A stretch of 64,000 bases of DNA from the NCBI GenBank assembly GCA_015063605.1, contig SVTV01000010.1:11300-75299 (forward strand). The letters run 5' to 3'. A program made the translations under genes and the position numbers. The notes under the pieces are model-generated. The model worked only from the letters and a program-made list of their open reading frames with translations, was not told where the DNA came from and ran no database searches. The DNA is from Oscillospiraceae bacterium. GTDB taxonomy: Bacteria > Bacillota > Clostridia > Oscillospirales > SIG627. Positions 10,333 through 20,221 of this stretch are shown piece after piece (positions within the stretch are counted from its first letter, which is position 1; each line of letters begins with the position of its first letter).

Positions 10333-10716
10333 ATGGATATCATAAAATATTGTCTTATCGCTTTGGGAGCTTTAAGCGTGATCTTACTTTTAAAGGAGAT
10401 CAAAAAGGAATATGCGTTATATGCGATGATCGCTGCGGGATTATTATTCATAGGAATATGTGCAAAGGATATTGCGCCGATATTCGCATACATGGAAGAA
10501 TTGACAGAACGCACCAAAGGATACGGAAAAACAGATGTGATCCTGAAAGGTGCCGCATCAGCCGTTATAACCGCATTCACATGTGAGATATGCAAGGATG
10601 CGGGTGAATCGGGCCTTGCATCAAAGGTGAATCTATGCGGAAAAGCTGCTGTCCTTGCTATGTCTCTGCCTCTGTTGAAGGAGCTTACAGCTATAGCCCT
10701 GGGCATTCTGAACTGA
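10333..10716 (+). CDS. spoIIIAD: Stage III sporulation protein AD
   Basis: EICKDAGESGLASKVNLCGK. Confidence 0.92.
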   Translation: MDIIKYCLIALGALSVILLLKEIKKEYALYAMIAAGLLFIGICAKDIAPIFAYMEELTERTKGYGKTDVILKGAASAVITAFTCEICKDAGESGLASKVNLCGKAAVLAMSLPLLKELTAIALGILN

Positions 10717-10746
10717 TAGAAAAGCAAAAAGCAAAAGCATAATAAA

Positions 10747-11889
10747 ATGAAAGAGCGAAAAAAATACGAATTAAAAAAAATCAAACGTTGTTTAGCGGTA
10801 CTTGTTATCGTTTTGTCTCTTTTCTCTGTCACAGCACAAGGCGGAGATGAGGACATACAAAGCAAAATAGAAAGGCTTACGGGAGCCGGCAGACTGCATG
10901 AGCTTCTCCCCGAAAGCATTTATGAAAACGAAGAGACATCTTCCTTTGATGTCACCGACATCACTTCCGAAGATGGGGCAAAGAATATATTTTCTCTTAT
11001 CCTCTCTGTTATTTCAAAGGAGATAAAGAATAACGGAAAGCTTCTTGCGGGGCTGTGTGCCGTACTCATTTTTTCCGCTGTTATTTCTGCTGCGGGAATA
11101 CTTTCCGGAGGTGATTCCGAAATATTCCGTATGATATGCACCATGGTATTATGTATCTCATGCTGTGATATCATCCTTGAGCTTATCTCGGCAACGGAAA
11201 AGTATCTGTCAGATCTCAATATGCTGATTACGGGAATGCTTCCCGTAATGACCTCGGTATACACATTGAACGGGCAGGTGACCTCGGGAGGAATACAAAG
11301 CGCATGCATAATCTTGGGTCTCGATATACTTCAAGGCATCTTTGCTTATCTTCTTATGCCGGGGGTACGGATATGCTTCGCATTGCTTATTGCGGGAGTA
11401 TTTTCTCCGATATCTCTTGACGGAATACACAAGAGCGTTAAAAACACCATTACCGGAATCACTTTGATATCCATGACAATAATGTCTGCAGTACTTTATT
11501 TTCAGACTGTCGTTTCAGCTTCTGCAGATACCGTGCTTATAAGAACGGCAAGGTACGCCGCGGGAACATTCATTCCCATAGTCGGTTCCATGGTAAGCGA
11601 AGCCGTCAAAACGGTAAGTGCGGGGATAGGAGCGGTAAAATCATTGACGGGAGCCTTCGGTGTGGGGGCTGTGATATATATAAGCGCTTTTCCCGTTCTG
11701 GGGATCGTAGTAAAAAAGCTGATATTCTCATTCTCAGCTTCAGCATCCTCCGTATTGAATTGTAAACGGGAGGAAACGGTACTGCGGGAATTCTGCTCCG
11801 TTGCAGATATGCTTCTCGCATTTTGCGCAGCATCCGCTGTCTTTTTCCTTATCGCATTGACTGTTTTCATGAGGGAATTCTATGCTTGA
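10747..11889 (+). CDS. spoIIIAE: Stage III sporulation protein AE
   Basis: Multi-TM; RTARYAAGTFIPIVGSMVSEA. Confidence 0.9.
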   Translation: MKERKKYELKKIKRCLAVLVIVLSLFSVTAQGGDEDIQSKIERLTGAGRLHELLPESIYENEETSSFDVTDITSEDGAKNIFSLILSVISKEIKNNGKLLAGLCAVLIFSAVISAAGILSGGDSEIFRMICTMVLCISCCDIILELISATEKYLSDLNMLITGMLPVMTSVYTLNGQVTSGGIQSACIILGLDILQGIFAYLLMPGVRICFALLIAGVFSPISLDGIHKSVKNTITGITLISMTIMSAVLYFQTVVSASADTVLIRTARYAAGTFIPIVGSMVSEAVKTVSAGIGAVKSLTGAFGVGAVIYISAFPVLGIVVKKLIFSFSASASSVLNCKREETVLREFCSVADMLLAFCAASAVFFLIALTVFMREFYA

Positions 11890-12382
11890 GTGGGCTTCAT
11901 CCATAATAGCTGCATCGGTCATAACAGCAATTGCCGTATACATAATTCCCGATACCGACAACGGAAAACAAATGTCCGCAAGCATCCGTTTTATCGGAGC
12001 GCTTGTTTCCCTTTTTCTGATTATCTCCCCTGTTCCCGAAACACTGAAAAGCATTTCTTCATTTTTCGATGCGGATATATTCGGTGAAACAGATCTTACA
12101 GCGAATGAAAATAAAGATGTAAGTGATCTTATTTTTGACGAAGCGCTGAAAGAGTTTGAGAAACAGACATTCATCCTGACCGAAAAAAAGCTTGGACGAA
12201 ACGATTTCACGGTCACAGTCCTTGCCGATAAGACTCTGACGGACATAACCGTTACGGTAATATATCATTCCGAGGATTTCCCCTCCGATAAGGCTTGCTC
12301 TTATATTCAACACCTCTACTCCGATCAGGTAAAGGCAGAAGCCGTGTTCGAAGGAAATAAGACGGAAGAAAAGCAAGAATAA
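11882..12382 (+). CDS. spoIIIAF: Stage III sporulation protein AF
   Basis: Position; two N-terminal TMs (WASSII...IIPD...IRFIGALV). Confidence 0.75.
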   Translation: MLEWASSIIAASVITAIAVYIIPDTDNGKQMSASIRFIGALVSLFLIISPVPETLKSISSFFDADIFGETDLTANENKDVSDLIFDEALKEFEKQTFILTEKKLGRNDFTVTVLADKTLTDITVTVIYHSEDFPSDKACSYIQHLYSDQVKAEAVFEGNKTEEKQE

Positions 12383-12404
12383 CAATAAAGGAAGAAAGAA
12401 AGCC

Positions 12405-12944
12405 ATGAAAAATGAAGAGATTCCCTCCGTAATAAGAAAAAGGCCTCTGTTTATCATACTGCTGAGTTTACTTTTCTTTATCGGAATAGCCCTTGTATTC
12501 CTTTCCGATAAAGATCAAAGCTCATCACTTACCGATAACACCGCCGCCGCAAATGCGGTATTTACCGAAAACGAAAATGCTTTTTCGAATGAAGGATATG
12601 TAAGTTCTTTGGAAAAAAGATTAAAAGAAATGATAAGCTCCATTGACGGAGTAGAAAACGTCAAGGTCATGATAACCTTGAAAAACACCTCCGAAACGAT
12701 CTATGCAGAAAAAACAGAGGAAAGAGATCTGCCCTCGGGAAAGGAACGGTCTTCCTCGATAATATTGCGCAAAGCAAAAAACGGTGACGAAGTTCCTATC
12801 CCGGTTTCGGAAAAGCTCCCTGTCATAGGAGGTGCCGCAGTAACCTGCAGCGGCAATATAAACGGTACCTTGAAGGCGGAAATAATCTCACTTATATCAT
12901 GTGCTCTCGATCTTCCTACAAATAAAATATATGTAGGCGGCTAA
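12405..12944 (+). CDS. spoIIIAG: Stage III sporulation protein AG
   Basis: LEKRLKEMISSIDGVENVKVMITL; ALDLPTNKIYV. Confidence 0.9.
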   Translation: MKNEEIPSVIRKRPLFIILLSLLFFIGIALVFLSDKDQSSSLTDNTAAANAVFTENENAFSNEGYVSSLEKRLKEMISSIDGVENVKVMITLKNTSETIYAEKTEERDLPSGKERSSSIILRKAKNGDEVPIPVSEKLPVIGGAAVTCSGNINGTLKAEIISLISCALDLPTNKIYVGG

Positions 12945-12974
12945 ACTATAAATATAAAGAAAGGCAGACAGCAA

Positions 12975-13910
12975 ATGGAAAAGCTCGAAAAAATAACAAT
13001 GAAAACGATGGAATTCGAAGGTCCTTCGGATAAAAGAAGTAAAATTCAATTACAAGGCGTTGACACTCCCCTTCTCACCGAAGGTGGGGAAAAGAAAGAA
13101 GTACCGCAGGAAGAAAAGAAAATGAGATCGGGATTTTTCTCGACTCTCGGCTCAAAAGTAAAAAGCTTTTTCAAATTAAGAACAAGCGGTGATGAAAATG
13201 AAGATGGAGAAAGTGAAGAAACCTCTTCAAGCCTCGCCTCTTCCGAGGATGAAGGCATGACAAGCGGAAACAAAGCCTCGGAAAGAAAAATGCCCGTTTC
13301 CTTCCCTTGGAGATCACTGAACGTTAAAAACGCTCTCGTTGTTATGTCATTGGCGCTTATTGCCGTGGCGGGATACATAAACGTTAAGTATTATTCCGAA
13401 AACGGCGGTTCGATCTCCGGCGGAAATGATATTATTTCGGGAAATATTTCAGACGGTAACGATATCCCCGGAATCGTAAACAACAATGGAAATGACACTC
13501 AAGTTCTGTCAGATAAAAGCACGGGAGGAGATTCCGAAAACGCTTCAACGGATGCGGGAGACGATTATTTTTCCGTCGCCGTAATTTCCCGTCAGAGAAG
13601 CCGTGATGAATCAATAGAGCTTCTTATGACTATGCTTGAAAAGGACGGTGCAACGGAAGCACAGAAGGAAGAGATCACCTCCGAGATGTCAAGAATAGCA
13701 GATGAGATCGCAAATGAGGTCAATATTGAAAATCTTATCAAAGCAAAAGGGATGGAGGAATGTGTTGCCGTCATAAGCCAAGGCAATGCCAATATCATTG
13801 TCCGCTCCGACGGGCTAACTCCTTCACAGGTAGCACAGATAAAGGAAATAGTATATCTCAATGCGGATATACATCCTAAGAATATCAAAATAATAGAAAA
13901 AGGTAATTAA
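12975..13910 (+). CDS. spoIIIAH: Stage III sporulation protein AH-like, with N-terminal extension
   Basis: LALIAVAGYIN TM; DYFS...RQRSRDE; EVNIENLIKAKG; NIKIIE. Confidence 0.9.
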   Translation: MEKLEKITMKTMEFEGPSDKRSKIQLQGVDTPLLTEGGEKKEVPQEEKKMRSGFFSTLGSKVKSFFKLRTSGDENEDGESEETSSSLASSEDEGMTSGNKASERKMPVSFPWRSLNVKNALVVMSLALIAVAGYINVKYYSENGGSISGGNDIISGNISDGNDIPGIVNNNGNDTQVLSDKSTGGDSENASTDAGDDYFSVAVISRQRSRDESIELLMTMLEKDGATEAQKEEITSEMSRIADEIANEVNIENLIKAKGMEECVAVISQGNANIIVRSDGLTPSQVAQIKEIVYLNADIHPKNIKIIEKGN

Positions 13911-13921
13911 GGATTAAAACC

Positions 13922-14115
13922 GGGGGCGTCGCATTAAGCGACGCCCCCGCTAAAACAGCGGACGAAAATAGGGGACGGGAACCCGCTATTTTCGGAAACT
14001 TGAACGTTTTTGGCGTGTTTTAGTACGAATTTTTACGTAATTTCGGTGCCAAAACGATGAATTTTATTCATCGAGTTCAATTTCAGGGCTTGGCTCACGT
14101 TAGTGAGACAGCCCC
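13922..14115. mobile_element. MITE-like non-coding element, copy A
   Basis: Near-identical to the reverse complement of 35312..35491; ends GGGGGCGTCGCATTAA and TTAGTGAGACAGCCCC; no transposase. Confidence 0.8.
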
Positions 14116-14134
14116 ATTTTCAGGACATATATTT

Positions 14135-14617
14135 TCAATCGGGGAAGCGTATTATTTTCTTCCCTTTCTTAAATGCATAATCAAGTGCGATCTTTGTACC
14201 GCTTTTACGGCTGTTTGCTATATTCTCATCATGATATACTATGCAAAAGCGGCTCTTATCTATCATTTCATAATTTCTCTCTACATATGATGCTTTACCG
14301 GCGTCTTTGATTTTTTCAGGGAAGTAAGTATCTTCATACGATTCCAACAAATAAGCTTTGTAGAGATCGGTTATAACGGGATACTCTGCTCTTACATAAA
14401 TCCGCTTTATATGCGGATATTTTTCTTTTATTTCGGTAACGCTCTCCAGACAAAGCTTGTCAAATTCGCTTCTGCTTCCAAACAAAAACAGACTTACGTT
14501 CTCATTTATTATCAAGCTTTCTATCGCCTCATGTAATTGTGTTTTCAATTCTTCTGTTTCGTTTATTTTTCTGTTTCCGAAGAAACAGCACGTATTTGAT
14601 ATGTTTTCGGTTACCAT
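14135..14617 (-). CDS. SLOG-superfamily protein (DUF1273/YspA-like)
   Basis: CCFFGNR, FLFGSRSEFD, ERNYEMID, SGTKIALDYA pattern. Confidence 0.75.
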   Translation of the reverse strand: MVTENISNTCCFFGNRKINETEELKTQLHEAIESLIINENVSLFLFGSRSEFDKLCLESVTEIKEKYPHIKRIYVRAEYPVITDLYKAYLLESYEDTYFPEKIKDAGKASYVERNYEMIDKSRFCIVYHDENIANSRKSGTKIALDYAFKKGKKIIRFPD

Positions 14618-14687
14618 ATCTACAGCTCCTCGAATTATTTGGATATACGGTATATCTATTTATAACATTATAGCACATATTACATCT

Positions 14688-14714
14688 AAAATAAATACAT
14701 AATACATTTATTTT
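14688..14714. promoter_or_regulatory. Palindromic operator candidate between divergent SLOG and RHH genes
   Basis: AAAATAAAT-N9-ATTTATTTT. Confidence 0.4.
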
Positions 14715-14726
14715 GAGGTAAATTTT

Positions 14727-14927
14727 ATGGCTATAAAAAGCGTTTCAATAAGAATTGAAGAAGAAATGTTAAAGAAGATCTCCTATATTGCCGATTATGA
14801 GGGCAGAAGCGTAAACAGTCAGATACTTGTTCTGATAAGAGAAAGCATAAAAGCTTTTGAAGAAGAAAACGGCGTCATAGACGGAGATATAACCCCCTCA
14901 TCAAACGTAAAGCCGACACGGAAGTAA
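14727..14927 (+). CDS. Arc-like ribbon-helix-helix DNA-binding protein
   Basis: KSVSIRIEEEMLKKISYIADYEGRSVNSQI; RBS GAGGT. Confidence 0.85.
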   Translation: MAIKSVSIRIEEEMLKKISYIADYEGRSVNSQILVLIRESIKAFEEENGVIDGDITPSSNVKPTRK

Positions 14928-14967
14928 ATCGAATAGGAAGATGACTGTTTATAATTTTTAAAATAGA

Positions 14968-15019
14968 TTAATTTTGGTAAAAGCAGCGCGTATTTGATAT
15001 GTTTTCCGTTGCCATATCT
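14968..15019 (-). pseudogene. Truncated duplicate of the SLOG gene 5' end
   Basis: 14984-15019 matches 14586-14621 at 33/36 nt; reads MATENISNTRCFYQN* versus MVTENISNTCCFFGNR. Confidence 0.65.
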
Positions 15020-15035
15020 GTTGTACACCTTTTGC

Positions 15036-15187
15036 AAAAGGTGTACTATTTGACAAAAGCCATTTCAAATCAAACAGATCGCATATAAATAAAAATTCTG
15101 TCAACTTTTTCAAAAAAAGCCTTGCATTTGATGCATTTTAATGATATAATTAGGTGAGTAAAACAACTGTCAAATAGTACACTTTTT
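15036..15187. repeat. 20-bp inverted repeats enclosing a sigma-A promoter
   Basis: AAAAGGTGTACTATTTGACA (15036-15055) versus TGTCAAATAGTACACTTTTT (15168-15187), 19/20; TTGCAT-17-TATAAT at 15122-15150 lies inside. Confidence 0.75.
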
Positions 15188-15315
15188 GACACTTGTTTTT
15201 GCATTAAATGCAGAAAATATCATTATTACACTCTTTCGCGAATATATACAATCATCCGAAAGAAAGTCTCTTTATGCAAATAAATTGAATTTTTCCGTAA
15301 CTTATCGATTTCCAC

Positions 15316-15343
15316 TTGACAAGAAAAAAAGTTTCTGTATAAT
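15316..15343 (+). promoter_or_regulatory. Sigma-A promoter of dapL
   Basis: TTGACA-16-TATAAT. Confidence 0.65.
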
Positions 15344-15432
15344 ATTATATATCAAGTATAATGCGTGTAGTTTTTGCTGTATATAATGCATTTTACATAT
15401 CGCAAATCAATAACACAGAAAAGGAATAATAT

Positions 15433-16614
15433 ATGCTTTCCATCAACAAAAATTATCTTAATTTAAAAGAAAGTTATCTTTTTTCGGAGATAGGCAGAAG
15501 AGCCAATGCGTTCATCGCCGCAAATCCCGATAAAAAGGTCATAAAGTTAGGTATAGGAGACGTTACTCTTCCCTTGTGCGATGCAGTTATCAAGGAGCTT
15601 TCCGCAGGCGTAAGCGATATGGCATCCGCATCCACATTCCGCGGCTACGGCCCCGAGCAGGGATACGATTTTCTCAAGGGCGCGATAAAGGATTATTACG
15701 CAAAGAAGAGCGTTTCTCTTGAAAAGGATGAGATATTCGTATCCGACGGAGCAAAGAGCGATCTCGGAAACATTCTCGATATATTCGGAAGAGACAACAC
15801 CGTTCTTATTCCCGATCCCGTTTATCCCGTTTATGTTGATACAAACATAATGGACGGCAGAAGCGTTTCCTATCTCAAGGCAAACGAAGAAAACGGCTTC
15901 CGTCCCCTTCCCGATGCAGATACAAAGGGCGATATAATATATCTCTGCTCTCCCAACAATCCCACAGGCGCCGTATATACAAAGGACGAGCTTAAGGTAT
16001 GGGTTGACTTCGCACTTTCCAACAATTCCATCATCCTCTTTGATGCAGCGTACGAGGCGTTCATAATCGACAATGAGCTTCCCGGAAGCATATACGAGAT
16101 CGAAGGTGCAAAGAAGTGCGCTATAGAATTCTGCTCTCTCTCCAAGACAGCAGGCTTTACCGGAACACGTTGCGGCTACACCATCGTTCCCAACGATCTT
16201 GTATTTGACGGTGTTCAGCTCAACAAGCTCTGGCTCAGAAGACAGACAACAAAGTTCAACGGTGTTTCCTACATAATCCAGAAGGGCGCCGCTGCTGCTT
16301 TCTCCGATGAAGGTATCAAGCAGACAAGAGAAAACATTGCTTATTACAGAAGAAATGCATCCGTTATCACCTCCACACTCGATAAGTGCGGTATCTGGTA
16401 CTGCGGCGGTAAGAATTCTCCTTACGTATGGCTCAAATGCCCCAACAACATGGATTCCTGGACATTCTTCGATTATCTCCTCAACAACGCCAACGTTGTA
16501 GGTACTCCCGGCGAAGGCTTCGGAGAAAACGGAAAAGGCTTCTTCCGTCTCACATCCTTCAACAATTATGAAAATACAGTTGAAGCAATGAAGAGATTCG
16601 AAAATATGCTTTAA
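15433..16614 (+). CDS. dapL: LL-diaminopimelate aminotransferase
   Basis: SYLFSEI, LGIGDVT, GYGPEQGY, CSPNNPTG, SKTAGFTGTRCG, WLRRQTTKFNG. Confidence 0.97.
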   Translation: MLSINKNYLNLKESYLFSEIGRRANAFIAANPDKKVIKLGIGDVTLPLCDAVIKELSAGVSDMASASTFRGYGPEQGYDFLKGAIKDYYAKKSVSLEKDEIFVSDGAKSDLGNILDIFGRDNTVLIPDPVYPVYVDTNIMDGRSVSYLKANEENGFRPLPDADTKGDIIYLCSPNNPTGAVYTKDELKVWVDFALSNNSIILFDAAYEAFIIDNELPGSIYEIEGAKKCAIEFCSLSKTAGFTGTRCGYTIVPNDLVFDGVQLNKLWLRRQTTKFNGVSYIIQKGAAAAFSDEGIKQTRENIAYYRRNASVITSTLDKCGIWYCGGKNSPYVWLKCPNNMDSWTFFDYLLNNANVVGTPGEGFGENGKGFFRLTSFNNYENTVEAMKRFENML

Positions 16615-16633
16615 TTAAAAATAATAAAAAAAC

Positions 16634-16671
16634 AATGCCGAGGCTGCGGAAAAAACCTGCGCTTCGGCATT
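16634..16671. terminator. Bidirectional terminator between dapL and tyrS
   Basis: AATGCCGA...TCGGCATT stem with A and T flanks. Confidence 0.6.
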
Positions 16672-16704
16672 CTTCTTTGTTTTAAAGTATATATCCGGGA
16701 TCTC

Positions 16705-17928
16705 TTATCCGAGCTTTACTCTTATAAATATCTTCTTTCCCTTCTTGACTATGATACCGTCATTGAAAAGATCCTTTGCATATGTCTTTGCAAAATCGGT
16801 GACCTTTTCATCGTCAACGGAAACGCCGCCCTGCTGGATAAGTCTTCTTGCTTCACCCTTGGAGGGAGCGATTCCCGCTTTTACGAGAATATCGATTATA
16901 CCTATTGCACCGTCCGTAAAGTCGCTTTCGGAAACGAGAGCCTCGGGCATATTTTCGGATACTCCGCCTGCGGCAAACAATGCCTTAGCGGCACTCTGCG
17001 CCTTATTTGCTTCCTCTTCGCCGTGAACGAGCTTGGTAAGCTCGAATGCGAGGATCTCTTTAGCTGTATTAAGCTGGCTGCCTTCCCACTTGTCCATTTC
17101 GTCTATCTGCTCTATGGGGAGGAATGTGAGCATTCTGATGCACTTGAGAACGTCGGAATCGGCAACATTTCTCCAATACTGATAGAAATCGTAGGGAGAT
17201 GTCTTGTTGGGATCGAGCCATACTGCGTTGCCCGCTGTCTTACCCATCTTCTTGCCCTGAGAGTCGGTAAGAAGAGTTATCGTCATGGCATTTGCATCCT
17301 TGCCGAGCTTTCTTCTTATAAGCTCTGTACCGCCAAGCATATTGGACCACTGGTCATCGCCGCCGAACTGGAGGTTGCAATCGTAATTCTTGTAGAGATA
17401 GTAGAAGTCGTAGGACTGCATTATCATGTAGTTAAATTCAAGGAAGGAGAGTCCCTTTTCCATTCTCTGCTTGTAGCACTCTGCTCTGAGCATATTGTTT
17501 ACGGAGAAGCAGGAGCCTACCTCGCGGAGAAGCTCGATATAATTAAGATTAAGAAGCCAGTCCGCATTGTTTATCATAACTGCCTTGCCCTCGGAGAAAT
17601 CGATAAACTGTTCCATCTGACGCTTGAAGCAAGCGGCATTATGATCGATATCTTCTTTTGTAAGCATCTTTCTCATATCGGTACGTCCGGAGGGGTCGCC
17701 TATCATGGTAGTGCCGCCGCCGATAAGAGCGATGGGCTTATTGCCTGCCATCTGGAGACGCTTCATAAGGGTAAGTGCCATAAAGTGACCTGCGGTAAGG
17801 CTGTCTGCCGTGCAGTCAAATCCGATATAAAAGGTAGCTTTTCCGTTATTGATAAGTTCTTTTATCTCTTCCTCGTTTGTCATCTGCGCAATAAGACCGC
17901 GTGCGCGCAGTTCTTCATAAATTTTCAT
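16705..17928 (-). CDS. tyrS: Tyrosine--tRNA ligase
   Basis: [30 protein letters not shown]; C-terminal S4 domain. Confidence 0.98.
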   Translation of the reverse strand: MKIYEELRARGLIAQMTNEEEIKELINNGKATFYIGFDCTADSLTAGHFMALTLMKRLQMAGNKPIALIGGGTTMIGDPSGRTDMRKMLTKEDIDHNAACFKRQMEQFIDFSEGKAVMINNADWLLNLNYIELLREVGSCFSVNNMLRAECYKQRMEKGLSFLEFNYMIMQSYDFYYLYKNYDCNLQFGGDDQWSNMLGGTELIRRKLGKDANAMTITLLTDSQGKKMGKTAGNAVWLDPNKTSPYDFYQYWRNVADSDVLKCIRMLTFLPIEQIDEMDKWEGSQLNTAKEILAFELTKLVHGEEEANKAQSAAKALFAAGGVSENMPEALVSESDFTDGAIGIIDILVKAGIAPSKGEARRLIQQGGVSVDDEKVTDFAKTYAKDLFNDGIIVKKGKKIFIRVKLG

Positions 17929-17942
17929 ATTAAATATCCTTT

Positions 17943-19706
17943 CTACTGTCCTGCGCCGTTTGATTCGACGCTTTCAAGCTCATTGTTTATTTTTTCTGTA
18001 TCGAGCATTTCCTCCGCACTGAGAAGAGTTGCTTCCGTAACGGAAAGACCGCCCAATATTCTTGCTATCTCCCGTTTGCGTTCATCACCCGACAAAGCGC
18101 GTATCGATGTAAATGTTCTGCCGTCCTTTTCCTCTTTCTTTATCTTGAACTGCTCGTTTGATGCGGCAGCCACCTGAGCAGAATGAGTAACGCACAGTAT
18201 CTGACGGTTTTCTCCGAGCATCCTTAAGCAAAGCCCTATTTTTCGTGAGGTGCTTCCCGATACGCCCGTATCTATCTCGTCGAACACCATCGTACCTATA
18301 TCTCCCGAATACGTAAGGACTGTCTGGAGAGAAAGCATTATTCTCGATAATTCGCCGCCGCTGGCAATAGCGGACAAGGGCTTAAATGGTTCTCCCGCAT
18401 TGGATTTGATAAGAAATTCAATGCTCTCCGCACCGCCGGGAAGAAGCTCACCGTTTTCGGCGGGTATCATGCTGACGGAAAACTCCGTCTTTTTCATATC
18501 GAGATATCTCATGCGCTCCGTCATGCGTTCTTCGAGAAGGCTTTTGGCTTCCTTTCTCAATTCCGTAAGAACGGATGATGCCAAAAGACTTTCCTTGTAA
18601 AGATCGTTTCTCTTTTCGATAAGCTTTGCCTTTTCGTTTTCGGAATCGTTCAGAGATGCGTATTCCTTCTTTATTTTTGAAAGGTATTCAAGTATCTCCT
18701 TTTCCGTGGAGCCGTATTTCAGCTTCATTCTGTATATGGCATCGAGACGTGCTTCCGTCTTATTGAGAGCCTCCGTGGGATCGTCCTCGTATTCATCGGC
18801 GTAGGACTTTATCTCCTTCAACACATCCTCGGCTTCATACCTTAAGGATTCAAGCTTTTCCGCAAAGGTCGAAAGCTCCTGTATGTATTCGGATGCCGTA
18901 GCTGCTTTCGTTGAAGCTATTGCAAGAAGTTCCACAGCACCTCTCTGCTTTGAAAGTCCGTCCAAAGCCTTGACTGCCGTTTTCAAGGAGGAGGATATCT
19001 TCTCGGAATTTCTCAATTCCGCTTTTTTCTTCAAAAGAGAATCCTCTTCTCCGTCCTTTATTTTGGCGGATGTTATATCGTTTATTTCAAACTTAAGAGA
19101 GATCATTCTGCGGTTCTTTTCCTTTTCCGCAGATTCAAGCTGTTTTATCTCCCTCTCTGTTTTTTTTAGCTCCGTGTATAAAGCCTGATAATTATTCTTT
19201 GCTTCCGATATCTTTTCCGCAAGCTCTCCTCTCGGGGAGGAATCGAGATACACCTCATGCTTTGATCTATCCAGAATAGCCAGAGAGTCATTCTGACCGT
19301 GTATCATCACAAGCTCCGATGCTATCTGACGGAAAAGCGACATAGGCACGGCTTTGCCGTTTATACGGCAGGTACCCTTTCCGTCCAAGGTCATGCGTCT
19401 TGTCAGTATCAGACAGTCATCGTCAATGTCATATTCTATACCGTTTTCCGAAAGCTTGGTTATAACATCCTCGGGTATTCCCGAAAAAGTACCGCTTACA
19501 AGGCACTCGCTTTCACCCGTACGGATAAGCTCGCTTGCCGCCTTTGCTCCCGAGGTAGATTTGCTTCCCGAAAGAAAGTAAATAGAGTCCACAAGTATGG
19601 ATTTTCCCGCACCCGTTTCACCCGTCATTGATGTAAACCCGGGAGAAAGATCAATATCCGCCTGACTTATCAGAGCGATATTTTCAATATGAAGGGACAG
19701 CAGCAT
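17943..19706 (-). CDS. recN: DNA repair protein RecN
   Basis: [35 protein letters not shown]. Confidence 0.98.
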   Translation of the reverse strand: MLLSLHIENIALISQADIDLSPGFTSMTGETGAGKSILVDSIYFLSGSKSTSGAKAASELIRTGESECLVSGTFSGIPEDVITKLSENGIEYDIDDDCLILTRRMTLDGKGTCRINGKAVPMSLFRQIASELVMIHGQNDSLAILDRSKHEVYLDSSPRGELAEKISEAKNNYQALYTELKKTEREIKQLESAEKEKNRRMISLKFEINDITSAKIKDGEEDSLLKKKAELRNSEKISSSLKTAVKALDGLSKQRGAVELLAIASTKAATASEYIQELSTFAEKLESLRYEAEDVLKEIKSYADEYEDDPTEALNKTEARLDAIYRMKLKYGSTEKEILEYLSKIKKEYASLNDSENEKAKLIEKRNDLYKESLLASSVLTELRKEAKSLLEERMTERMRYLDMKKTEFSVSMIPAENGELLPGGAESIEFLIKSNAGEPFKPLSAIASGGELSRIMLSLQTVLTYSGDIGTMVFDEIDTGVSGSTSRKIGLCLRMLGENRQILCVTHSAQVAAASNEQFKIKKEEKDGRTFTSIRALSGDERKREIARILGGLSVTEATLLSAEEMLDTEKINNELESVESNGAGQ

Positions 19707-19713
19707 AATCCGA

Positions 19714-20187
19714 TCAATTCTCTATGGAAAGCACGTTTCCGCAGAATTTTGCCGCATCATCGTTTGAAGAGAATACAATGAAGATAGTATCGTCTCCTGC
19801 GATGCTTCCTATAAACCCGTCCCAGGAAAGAGCATCTATCGCCGCCGCTGCGGCATTTGCCATTCCCGATACGGTCTTGACTACAACGATATTGCCTGCG
19901 GGAACTGCCATATTGACTACCTCTCGCAGTATTTTGGAATACTTTGCGGGCACAGGTTCATTCCCGTATGCTTTATAAGTATATACATTTTTTCCATTCT
20001 GATTTGTACGTTTGAAAACTCCGAGCTCCTTAAGGTCTCTCGAAAGCGTTGCCTGTGTGGCAAAGAAATTTTCCTCGTTGAGATATTTTGAAAGATCTTC
20101 CTGTGTCTCTATTTCTTTTTCCGTTATCAGTCTGATAATGGCATCTCTGCGGTTATCCTTGGCAACGGAGCTGTCTCTTCTTCTCAT
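19714..20187 (-). CDS. argR: Arginine repressor
   Basis: TQEDL, TQATLSRDLKELG, GSIAGDDTIF. Confidence 0.97.
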   Translation of the reverse strand: MRRRDSSVAKDNRRDAIIRLITEKEIETQEDLSKYLNEENFFATQATLSRDLKELGVFKRTNQNGKNVYTYKAYGNEPVPAKYSKILREVVNMAVPAGNIVVVKTVSGMANAAAAAIDALSWDGFIGSIAGDDTIFIVFSSNDDAAKFCGNVLSIEN

Positions 20188-20221
20188 TATAAATTCCGTC
20201 CTTATTATTTATCTCAGCCTC

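Noticed and set aside
17023-18177. 384-aa plus-strand ORF
   Set aside because: Antisense shadow of tyrS and recN caused by codon bias; no recognisable motifs.
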